From positions 1 to 52,069 of IMG/VR virus record IMGVR_UViG_3300037808_000798: DNA of 52,069 nt. One strand, 5' to 3'. Of this stretch, positions 1 through 8,121 are shown piece after piece. The position numbers were made by a program, and so were the translations under genes. This DNA comes from a virus (lineage: Duplodnaviria > Caudoviricetes). Under the pieces are notes generated by a model. That model was not told the DNA's origin. It made no database searches and saw only the letters and a list, made by a program, of their open reading frames with translations. The number at the start of each line of letters is the position of its first letter. The first letter of the stretch is position 1.

Positions 1-1055
1 ACAAGTAATGCGTTGTTATACTCCATAGCAGTATTCATACATAAATTACCAAAATCTTTAGTAGGGATTTTTCCCTTATATTCTGCCACTTGTTCCATAC
101 TCTCTATTTCTATTACATGAAATGCAGAAAAGTCTGATGCATCACCACGAGCAACGTCAGCAGCAACTACATAATTTTTATTATAGTTTGGCTGTCTCCA
201 AATCCATAAATTACTATCCATTCCTCTCTTTTCAACTGGATCTTCAATTTGAGTATTTCTATATTCTTCTAAAATAACACCATCAACTACAGTTTGACCC
301 GAAGTGATGAAGTCACAATCACATTCTTGTGCGGCCATGGATGGACCTAAAAGTTTATCTTGTTCATCTCTCCATGATTGTTCTCTGTCTGGATGTAAAG
401 TCCAATGTAATTTGATAAAATTCCAATCATTATCACCTTCTTCAGCACCTACCCAAGTTTTATGAAACCAATTACCAACACCATTTGGTGTGGAGAGTGC
501 AATACATTGACCACCAGTAGATAGAGTACTTTGTGCAGCAGTCCATATTGTATCAATCTTATCAATGAATGCTGCCTCATCAATAATCAATAATGACAAT
601 GCCTCTGAACGACCTGCATCTTCAGTAGATGAGATAGCCTTTACTTGTGAACCATTACTGTATCTTAATGATAATTTATTATCTTCAACACACTTTGACT
701 TAACCCAACTCGGTAAATTTGCGTGCATCACACGAATCTTTGTTACAAGGTTTTTAGCAGTATCTTGTTTAGTTGCAATAACCAATATATTCTTATCACT
801 CTGAAAGGTCATCATCCACAATGCGTATCCAGCGGTTAATGTTGATATTCCCAACTGTCGTGCCTTTAAAATAACATTATAATTATTTTTCTCAAAATCA
901 TATAATGTATCTTCTTGAAACTTATATAATGAAAATGGAATTTTACCTTGTATTGGATGCTGAATAACAGCATACTTCTTTAGAAAATATACAGGGTCCT
1001 GTGCACACTTTAGATATTCCTTTTTGATGACTTCTTTTATGTTATTATCACTCAT
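1..1055 (-). CDS. terL: Phage terminase large subunit, T4 gp17-like (3' end runs off window)
   Basis: Manual translation from ATG at 1055 (TAATG overlap): MSDNNIKEVIKKEYLKCAQDPVYFLKKY..., Walker A KARQLGIST, Walker B LLIIDEAAF, coupling motif LSTPNG, nuclease motif VVAADVARG..DFSAF. Confidence 0.96.
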   Translation of the reverse strand, partial: MSDNNIKEVIKKEYLKCAQDPVYFLKKYAVIQHPIQGKIPFSLYKFQEDTLYDFEKNNYNVILKARQLGISTLTAGYALWMMTFQSDKNILVIATKQDTAKNLVTKIRVMHANLPSWVKSKCVEDNKLSLRYSNGSQVKAISSTEDAGRSEALSLLIIDEAAFIDKIDTIWTAAQSTLSTGGQCIALSTPNGVGNWFHKTWVGAEEGDNDWNFIKLHWTLHPDREQSWRDEQDKLLGPSMAAQECDCDFITSGQTVVDGVILEEYRNTQIEDPVEKRGMDSNLWIWRQPNYNKNYVVAADVARGDASDFSAFHVIEIESMEQVAEYKGKIPTKDFGNLCMNTAMEYNNALL

Positions 1056-1480
1056 TAATTTGCTATGTCCACTATTTTAATTCCAAGATATGTTGGAATA
1101 GTTACCGCGGCCATTCCATATCCAAAATACAACCACTTATTTTCATACCAACTTGGTTTTGCTAATTTTGTCAGTTTTTCATTGGCATCATTTTGTAATT
1201 TCAACGATTCTATTTGTTTACCTTTTGCCACTATTATTAAAGAATCAAGATTAGCCTGATCCTCCAAGTTTTTCATCAAACCTTCATAATCAGTAATCAA
1301 TACTTTCTGTGATGAAATTAATGAATCAGCCTTTTCTATTTTACCTTCCCATTGGGCATCACGAGCATTTAACATCTCTAATGCCTCAGCATATGTAAAC
1401 GTTGTTATATCTTTTCCATCTTTTTGTATCTGCTGTCCTAATAATGGGATAAATAGTAGTAATATCCAAAGATATTTCAT
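1055..1480 (-). CDS. Membrane/secreted coiled-coil protein (signal peptide plus C-terminal TM helix), possible spanin-like
   Basis: MKYLWILLLFIPLLG signal, heptad-rich middle, C-terminal hydrophobic WLYFGYGMAAVTIPTYLGI; AGGAG upstream of ATG 1480. Confidence 0.6.
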   Translation of the reverse strand: MKYLWILLLFIPLLGQQIQKDGKDITTFTYAEALEMLNARDAQWEGKIEKADSLISSQKVLITDYEGLMKNLEDQANLDSLIIVAKGKQIESLKLQNDANEKLTKLAKPSWYENKWLYFGYGMAAVTIPTYLGIKIVDIAN

Positions 1481-1489
1481 ATTCACTCC

Positions 1490-1774
1490 TTATCTATGTA
1501 AGACGTAAACTATACCACTTGCACCAATTGTCACTTTATTTACACCTATTGGATAAAGTGTATCTGCTGTCAATGAAGTTCCTGGTATTGTTCCACCACC
1601 TGATCCGTGAACAACAACATTAGTTACTACTTCACATATAAATGCTGCACCAGCATTTGAACCAGTAAAAGCTACTGTTGTAGATGAATCAACTTTTGTT
1701 ATTCCGTTGTAATCACCGAGTTTCTGGTCAGTTGGTTGTGACCTAAACATTGTTCCTGAATGTACATCAGCCAT
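1490..1774 (-). CDS. Small beta-rich protein, possible virion decoration/spike-base protein
   Basis: 94 aa, rich in G/T/S/V, contains TLYPIGVNKV; strong GAGGAG RBS. Function is inference. Confidence 0.45.
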   Translation of the reverse strand: MADVHSGTMFRSQPTDQKLGDYNGITKVDSSTTVAFTGSNAGAAFICEVVTNVVVHGSGGGTIPGTSLTADTLYPIGVNKVTIGASGIVYVLHR

Positions 1775-1795
1775 TTAATTTCTCCTCATATATAA

Positions 1796-2110
1796 TTATT
1801 TACTTTTTGAAAACTTCCTTAAAAAATCTGCTGCATCTTCTACATCATCATTTTCGTAAGCTATTTCCATCTTCTCAACATCTTTTTTGTGTGTTGTCAA
1901 TTTTCTTTTTAAATTTGTTATCTCTTTTTTATTTTTCTTTTTATTTACTTGTAATTTCTCTATTCCCTTTTCAATTTCCTTTTCTTTCTTTTTATTCTCC
2001 TTTATAACTCCTACTAATTTCTTCACTTCTTTTGATTTTTTAGCACTTAAAAAAGTACTTAAACCAAAAAGTCCTAAAATACCAATTATGAGTTTCTTTA
2101 ACCAATCCAT
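1796..2110 (-). CDS. N-terminally anchored basic coiled-coil protein (i-spanin-like topology)
   Basis: TM LIIGILGLFGLSTFLSA followed by K/E-rich coiled coil. Confidence 0.55.
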   Translation of the reverse strand: MDWLKKLIIGILGLFGLSTFLSAKKSKEVKKLVGVIKENKKKEKEIEKGIEKLQVNKKKNKKEITNLKRKLTTHKKDVEKMEIAYENDDVEDAADFLRKFSKSK

Positions 2111-2112
2111 AT

Positions 2113-2421
2113 TTACATCTCCATTATTTTTTTATAAGTAGACTTACTTTCTAACTGTTTAGTTTTCGAAGGTTCATCAAATTCACTGTCATTAAGGTCG
2201 CCATACTTTCCATATCCGTTTGCATCCCTATCAATTTTCTCATCAAACCCCTTATCGAAAATATTTACTGTTTTATGTATTCTAAATGTAGTGGCCTTTC
2301 TTCCATTTATAGTCGGCATCCCATGTTTATCTACACCTATATCTTTTATTACCATTTTCTTGTTTTTAAATTTTCCTACAAGTATAGTATCACCCTTTTT
2401 AACATCTATTGTAATAGCCAT
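2113..2421 (-). CDS. Hypothetical protein with SH3/KOW-like N-terminal domain
   Basis: Likely start ATG 2421 (TAATG overlap with upstream stop); VKKGDTILVGKFKNKKMVIKDIG resembles a KOW/SH3 pattern. Confidence 0.6.
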   Translation of the reverse strand: MAITIDVKKGDTILVGKFKNKKMVIKDIGVDKHGMPTINGRKATTFRIHKTVNIFDKGFDEKIDRDANGYGKYGDLNDSEFDEPSKTKQLESKSTYKKIMEM

Positions 2422-3200
2422 TATGCTCTCCAACTTATCATAAGATTCTGTCCATCAAGTTTTTCCGTTACATTATCTTCTCTATTTAACTCTCCACCCA
2501 ATCCCATCTCTATGATATTTTTTAAATCTTTAAAAGTCAAATCTTTATCATCAAAAGGATGTGCCATATGTCCGTATGCTCCACCCTCTAATAATAATTC
2601 TTTTCTAACTGTATCATCCCACCAATCTTTTGTTAGTGGTTGATATTTTTCAACATGAAGTCTTGGTCGTTTTTTCTTACCACTAAATTTTGGATTTGGT
2701 TTATCTTCACCATCAACAGTTAAACCCTTTGATTGCATTGAAGTATTTCTTGTTTCATCACCTATTCTACCATCGGCATCAATTCCTGATGCTATTGGTG
2801 GGCCCGCAATTTGTTGGTCTTTATCAACTCCCATCCATTTAATTACAGTCCAACCTAAATTATCCATTACATCTCGTAAAGCTTTCTTATAGGGTTTTAT
2901 CTTACCATAAGATATAGGATTTACTGCTCTATAAGACATAGTATAATCTTCTTCTGGATCCATTGCCCCATCACTTAGTATATAGCTCAGTACTTTCCAA
3001 CCTAATTCATTTTGTAATGATTCTACCCAACCCTTAGATTCTTGTTTATAGTCTGTCAAATTTTTATAAAATGTAGGCGGGCCATCATCCGTAGGAGCAT
3101 TTCTACCTGCAGTTCCTTCTTTTAAAATCTCACTAATATCATTATCAACTAAAAAATCACCAATAACATCACCACTAAATTCTTTTAAATAATCTCTCAT
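2421..3200 (-). CDS. Multi-segment protein ending in the N-terminal fragment (motif I, EKLDG) of a ligase-like nucleotidyltransferase
   Basis: C-terminal 54 aa GGAYGHMAHPFDD...VTEKLDGQNLMISWRA carry a KxDG motif and stop 9 residues later; preceded by ELLLE. Confidence 0.7.
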   Translation of the reverse strand: MRDYLKEFSGDVIGDFLVDNDISEILKEGTAGRNAPTDDGPPTFYKNLTDYKQESKGWVESLQNELGWKVLSYILSDGAMDPEEDYTMSYRAVNPISYGKIKPYKKALRDVMDNLGWTVIKWMGVDKDQQIAGPPIASGIDADGRIGDETRNTSMQSKGLTVDGEDKPNPKFSGKKKRPRLHVEKYQPLTKDWWDDTVRKELLLEGGAYGHMAHPFDDKDLTFKDLKNIIEMGLGGELNREDNVTEKLDGQNLMISWRA

Positions 3201-3592
3201 TATAATCTTTTAACCCAACTCAATACATTAGATAATCGTTCGCCATTTCTTTTTAATACATCTACTTCTTCTGAATTCTTATATTTACTTTTCATGGCAT
3301 CTTGTAAAGTTTTAATCATTTGTTTTTTCATCTTAGAAGTAACCTTAATCTTTTTCTTTTTACCCCAACTATCAACACCTGCAGCGTTACCAACTCCAAC
3401 ACCAGCAAAGAAGGGTTCGCCGTATTGTGGTTTAAACTGGTAATCTACAATGGTAGCTCCACCTCTTGATTCTTTTCTATATACAAAAGTAACCATAAAA
3501 CCGATATGTGAAGTGCTCTTATAAGCATCACCGACTTCGATATCATCATCAGTTAATTCTTCTTTTATTAAATCTTTTAATTTAATCATCAT
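3200..3592 (-). CDS. Hypothetical protein with MIKLKDLIKE leader
   Basis: 130-aa ORF coupled to neighbours; shared leader motif. Confidence 0.7.
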   Translation of the reverse strand: MMIKLKDLIKEELTDDDIEVGDAYKSTSHIGFMVTFVYRKESRGGATIVDYQFKPQYGEPFFAGVGVGNAAGVDSWGKKKKIKVTSKMKKQMIKTLQDAMKSKYKNSEEVDVLKRNGERLSNVLSWVKRL

Positions 3593-3846
3593 TTTTCCAA
3601 GTTAAAAGCTCTGGTTAACATTGACCCGGCCTGACTAAGTTTAAGACGAGCCTTTTCATATTCCTTAAAATATTTAATTAAAGTTCTATTCTTACTTTTA
3701 TTAATATCATCTTCAAGTTCATACCAAAGTCGTCCATCACGAGTCTTATGAATATAATCTCCACCAATCTTGAGTAATTTCTGGTGATTCCAAGAAATAT
3801 CTGAAATATCTACTTTTTCTTCCAATAATTTTTTCATTTTAATCAC
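3589..3846 (-). CDS. Hypothetical protein with MIKMKKLLEE leader
   Basis: GTG start with GGAG RBS; shared leader motif. Confidence 0.7.
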   Translation of the reverse strand: MIKMKKLLEEKVDISDISWNHQKLLKIGGDYIHKTRDGRLWYELEDDINKSKNRTLIKYFKEYEKARLKLSQAGSMLTRAFNLEK

Positions 3847-3875
3847 TTAACTTCTCCGATATATAGTTTTTCAGT

Positions 3876-3884
3876 TATAAATAT
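3876..3884 (-). promoter_or_regulatory. Candidate promoter motif ATATTTATA
   Basis: Same motif recurs in other intergenic gaps (1792, 5253, 12065, 30451, 43597) upstream of RBSs. Confidence 0.45.
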
Positions 3885-4453
3885 TAAACTTCTAAACTAT
3901 TGAGTTTTTCTTCAGCCTCTGCTTTCATTTTATTTAATTCTTCGAGTGCCTCTTTAGACATTTTTTCTACTTGTTCGGTATTTTGACTCCATGTTTCTGT
4001 TTGTAATTCTATATCTTTAACACCAACTTGGTCAAAAACCTCTAATGGTTTGGAAGCTTCTTCTTTCCAATCTTCTATACTCTCAATTTGGTCTCTTATA
4101 TAAGAAAGTTGATTATTTAACATCTTTTTTTGTTCCCACTCATCGTATTTTCCATCAATACGAAGTTTATTCTCAAATTGTATTTGACAATCAAAACATT
4201 GATTGTATAATCTATACATTTTGTCATCTAATTTTTTCTTCATGATTTTTTTACACTCTGGACAAAACCAAGGAGTCCTTGTTTCCTTTAAAGCGTCCAT
4301 TCGGTCATTTTTTAGTTCTCTGTCTGCCTTTATCTCGTCTTGTCGTTTCTTTTTTTCTTCCAAATCTTCCATTTGGACAAAAATTCGTTTTTCAGCACTT
4401 CCACCCTTTAAAATGTCTTGTCTTGCCTTAACGTGTCTTTGATGTTCGTTCAT
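3884..4453 (-). CDS. Phage zinc-binding coiled-coil hypothetical protein
   Basis: CPEC...CFDC pair embedded in helical coiled coil; AGGAG RBS. Confidence 0.75.
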   Translation of the reverse strand: MNEHQRHVKARQDILKGGSAEKRIFVQMEDLEEKKKRQDEIKADRELKNDRMDALKETRTPWFCPECKKIMKKKLDDKMYRLYNQCFDCQIQFENKLRIDGKYDEWEQKKMLNNQLSYIRDQIESIEDWKEEASKPLEVFDQVGVKDIELQTETWSQNTEQVEKMSKEALEELNKMKAEAEEKLNSLEV

Positions 4454-4461
4454 AACTACTC

Positions 4462-5232
4462 CTAAAATCCGTATTGTTTTTTATACTTGTAATAAGTTGG
4501 GATACTCACACCCAACTCATAAATTATTTCTGTTACACTCTTATCTGTAGTGAGTAATCGTTCTAAATCTTCTTTTTTCACTTTTGGGTTTTCCGTATAA
4601 TATTTTTTACGACCTTTCATAACGTTATTTACGTATTCTGGATTTTTCCAATGCTCTGTTGTTATTATTTTCGCCTTTTTAGACAACACCTTTCTAACTT
4701 TCGGATCGTTCATTGCCTCCTTGTGTTTTTTTGAATTTTTCATTGCTATACTTGTCCTTAATTTACTCTCTTCACTACGTTTATTTCCAAGAGTTGCCCT
4801 TCCACCCAAAATTGCAATTTCAAGTCGTCTATGTTTTGATAAATTTTGAAATTGATGTTTTTCACCAACGTTTGGTAAATTATTCCGTACCTTTTGCATT
4901 TTTTCTAAACCCTCTGTTGAATATATTTCTTCCCAAGTTTTACCTTTCTTCTTTTTATTTGCACTTACTGCAAATTCGTTATATCCACCATATCCACCTT
5001 CGTGTAAATTATATTCAGGATTTAGTTTTTTAATCCAATAAACTTCTCGTTTATTTAATTCTTCTCGTGTTGAACACTCTTCAATTATTTCCTTTTTAAA
5101 GTTTTCTATACCATATTTGACAATGGCTCTTTTTAATATTTTACCACTTCCCAAATACATTTCGTCATTTGTAGATTGCTGTCCTACATACGATTTACCA
5201 TTTATCAAATTTGTTGTTTTATAAATAATCAT
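4462..5232 (-). mobile_element. Free-standing GIY-YIG homing endonuclease (Seg/I-TevI-like)
   Basis: IIYKTTNLINGKSYVGQ...YLGSG...AIVKYGIENF...RE.YWI...YNL catalytic domain, NUMOD-like basic repeats (RSEESKLRTS), C-terminal HTH (ELGVSIPTYYKY). Confidence 0.92.
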
Positions 5233-5236
5233 TTTA

Positions 5237-5268
5237 CTCTCCTATTCTCCTATATAAATAGACAGGAG
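5237..5268 (-). promoter_or_regulatory. Hairpin able to sequester the endonuclease RBS, with TATTTATA motif in the loop
   Basis: Minus strand CTCCTGT-ctatttat-ATAGGAG (5268-5247), 7-bp stem with one G-U pair; second AGGAG at 5243-5239. Confidence 0.5.
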
Positions 5269-5280
5269 TTAGAAAAGTGG

Positions 5281-8121
5281 TTAAAATGTCATTAATCCAG
5301 TAATCTGGTTGATCGAAGCAAAACTCCCGGTTAGTTTGAAAGTTTTACCATTATATTTAAAAACTATCCCTTCACTTGGAACAATGGCATCCAATCCACC
5401 TATTGCCTTCAATTTATCTAACTGTAATTTTAATGTGTTGAGTTTTTTCAAATCTTTACCTTGTCTAACATCTTTGATGGCCGCATCTAATTGTTTTTTC
5501 ACTCTTGCAACTGTTGCATCTGGACTTGCCGCTAACCAACCACTTACATTTTTCATTATTTCCGCACCAAGTTCAAAAAATAGTACTTCAAACGGTTTCA
5601 TATTTTCTTTAGCTATTGCTGAATGGTCATCTTTATCAACACCTAACACCCATTCTAAAAATGCTGGATATTTGGCCAAATCTTTTTTAATTGTGGCTAT
5701 TTTATAACTTTTATCAAAAAATGCCCACCGTTTTACAAGATTTTTCTGTACTTTCTTGGGGATTCCAGATGTATACATACCTTCTCCCTGTTTAACAAAA
5801 TCTTCCCAAAACTTCTGGTGGTAAAGTGCCAATGTATCATTATCTTTTAGTTTATATTCTGATTGTAACTTCTTTAATTTGTTTACAAAATACGCTTTCT
5901 TCTTATCAAAATCTTGATGTTTAGGAACTGTAAGGAAATTTGGTTTTCCTATTTTATAATGTTTCTGTATGTTTTGATTAACTTGTTTAATCATACCAGC
6001 TAACATTCTTGCACTACCCTTTACCTCACCTATTGCCTTTCCACTATCATCGTATTCAAGTGCTCCATGAAATACTATCTCGGCTTTATCATAATTGATT
6101 ACATTTGATGACTTGGGCCACATAACTTCTAAATTCATCCAAGCCTTACCATTCATAAAAATCTTATTTCTCTGTTTATCGGATAATTTACCAATGGCCT
6201 TTTCTAAATCCTTTACGGCAAAACTAAATGCGTCCGAAATATCCCCCCTACCTTTAAATTTTGAGATTATTCCATTTGCGTCCAAAGCAGTTTCACCACC
6301 ATTTCTCAAATGTCCTTTATTTCTTGCTGCTATAAGTTTTCCACCAGTTGCTTCAGTAATAGTTTCTTCTGATAATTTTCCAAATTTATTAACCATCATC
6401 ATAAAAATACCTTCATCATAATAACCAAATGCCTCTTTAAACAGTTTTGGTGTTGGCTTAGGTTCTGTATTTGGATCTAACAAATTTCTCATTACCGTTC
6501 CACTAATCTCTTTTCCACCAACTCTAACAGAAACGTGTGGTGCAGTCATAAAATATCCATGTTCTTCCCATCCCTTTAGATTATCCTTATTCTTCTTATA
6601 ATCTTGAAAATATGATAAACCACCACTTTTCTTTCTTCCACCTGCTAATCTTCCGGCATCCTTTTCTCCGAATATATATATCACGGCGGTAGTGTCAGAA
6701 TCGTATTTTTTTAGCAATTCCGCCTTTAATGGAATCCTCTCTTTTACAATTTTTTTAGATGGAATTCCCATTTTTTTCATATGACGAACTTTTTCTTTAA
6801 AATTAAATGGATGTTTTGGTGGTGTTTTAATATCTGATGTGGTGATGTATGCGACATCTACTTTTTTCTCTAACCACTCAAAAGTTTTTTTATGGTGTAG
6901 TCCAAACGGTTGAAAACGACCACCATATATTCCAATCACCTTTTTAATCTTTTTAGTATCCTCTGATAACCATTGTTCAAAAATTTTCATTGCTTCTCTC
7001 ATACCACCAGTCTGTGATTTATGGTTTTTGGCTCTATTATACATCGTTTCCACAATTTCTTTTTGTTCTGACTTGGCTCTACTTTTTATTGACTTAATAG
7101 TAATTTTTGCCCTTTTTACTGAATCATATCCAGATCCTTTTATATAGTCCAACATAGTACGTGGATAGTAATATTGTTCTCCTACTTCATTAAGTTGTTC
7201 TATTTCATGTTCCTTTAAAATTGGACTTATAAGTTCTCCTACAAGTGCACTGTATTTAGGTTTTTTCGTAGTTGGAACGAATTGTTTGTATTTTTCTTCT
7301 GGAGTATGTTCATATTCCTTTATAATAAAACTAAGTTTAGACTGATAATCATTTGGAAGTCTATTTTCTATACCAAGAAATTTTACTGCACCTGGAATAA
7401 GATAAAGTATTATTTCTCTTTTATTTAAGTTCATGAGGATCTGACTTGAGGTCCAGAGTTTATTTTGTGCTCTAACTAAATCGTATTTAGGGCCCTTGTC
7501 TTGTTTATGATTATAAAACGCAGGAAACAATTCTTTGTAGTGTGGTGTTTGATGAAGAACATTTAATGCATTCATCAATCTTAACTCTGAAGATAATTTA
7601 TCAGCACCTCGTTGATAGCCTTGTTCAGTATGTTCTATTCCGTGATTGGTTCTCACTATTGGTTCTTTACTTAAATCTTTTATCTTTACTACGGGTTTAA
7701 CTCTACTCGTATTTTCTATTATTACAAGTTTTTTACCATCACCAACTAAAGTATGTCCCTTAATTCCACCATGATATGTTACTAATGATTTTACAACATC
7801 ATGTAAAGTTGTTTTTGCAAGTGCCTCTCTAATTCTTGCACCATCTTTAGACATTGCTTTCTTTTTCTTAGATTTATCAAAATCCTTCTCATCTCGTTTT
7901 ACGAATAATGCAGAATTTACAATTCCTATTCCACGGGAATTCATTCCCTCAGACCAATCTGTATCCTGGTCTATCACATAGCATAACTCTACACCATAAC
8001 CAGTTAGTTCCCTAACTACTTTTAGATTTGGATTATAATTTCTATCTCGGTTTTTGCCGATAATCATATCATTACCAAACATTGATGCTATTGCAATACA
8101 TTCTTCTAAGTGTCGTTTCAT
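5281..8121 (-). CDS. Four-domain polyprotein: Ntn-hydrolase / small helical domain / cytidyltransferase-like (HIGH superfamily) / C-terminal part of ligase-like nucleotidyltransferase
   Basis: C8-IAIAS..GKNRD..WSEGMN..GIGIVN..VRTNH (Ntn); IYGGRFQPFGLHH..FGEKD..ISGT (HIGH family); NLEV, IVFH, EGIVF, FKL (ligase motifs III, IIIa, IV, V). Confidence 0.8.
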   Translation of the reverse strand: MKRHLEECIAIASMFGNDMIIGKNRDRNYNPNLKVVRELTGYGVELCYVIDQDTDWSEGMNSRGIGIVNSALFVKRDEKDFDKSKKKKAMSKDGARIREALAKTTLHDVVKSLVTYHGGIKGHTLVGDGKKLVIIENTSRVKPVVKIKDLSKEPIVRTNHGIEHTEQGYQRGADKLSSELRLMNALNVLHQTPHYKELFPAFYNHKQDKGPKYDLVRAQNKLWTSSQILMNLNKREIILYLIPGAVKFLGIENRLPNDYQSKLSFIIKEYEHTPEEKYKQFVPTTKKPKYSALVGELISPILKEHEIEQLNEVGEQYYYPRTMLDYIKGSGYDSVKRAKITIKSIKSRAKSEQKEIVETMYNRAKNHKSQTGGMREAMKIFEQWLSEDTKKIKKVIGIYGGRFQPFGLHHKKTFEWLEKKVDVAYITTSDIKTPPKHPFNFKEKVRHMKKMGIPSKKIVKERIPLKAELLKKYDSDTTAVIYIFGEKDAGRLAGGRKKSGGLSYFQDYKKNKDNLKGWEEHGYFMTAPHVSVRVGGKEISGTVMRNLLDPNTEPKPTPKLFKEAFGYYDEGIFMMMVNKFGKLSEETITEATGGKLIAARNKGHLRNGGETALDANGIISKFKGRGDISDAFSFAVKDLEKAIGKLSDKQRNKIFMNGKAWMNLEVMWPKSSNVINYDKAEIVFHGALEYDDSGKAIGEVKGSARMLAGMIKQVNQNIQKHYKIGKPNFLTVPKHQDFDKKKAYFVNKLKKLQSEYKLKDNDTLALYHQKFWEDFVKQGEGMYTSGIPKKVQKNLVKRWAFFDKSYKIATIKKDLAKYPAFLEWVLGVDKDDHSAIAKENMKPFEVLFFELGAEIMKNVSGWLAASPDATVARVKKQLDAAIKDVRQGKDLKKLNTLKLQLDKLKAIGGLDAIVPSEGIVFKYNGKTFKLTGSFASINQITGLMTF

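Noticed and set aside
4454-5280. Group I intron around the GIY-YIG gene
   Set aside because: Flanks are only 8 and 48 bp, too short for a ribozyme core, and both neighbouring genes have their own start/stop.
2421-6351. Intein or cis-splicing intron explaining the split ligase-like domain
   Set aside because: No intein termini (C/S...HN) at the junctions, and the halves are in reversed order, so cis-splicing cannot join them.
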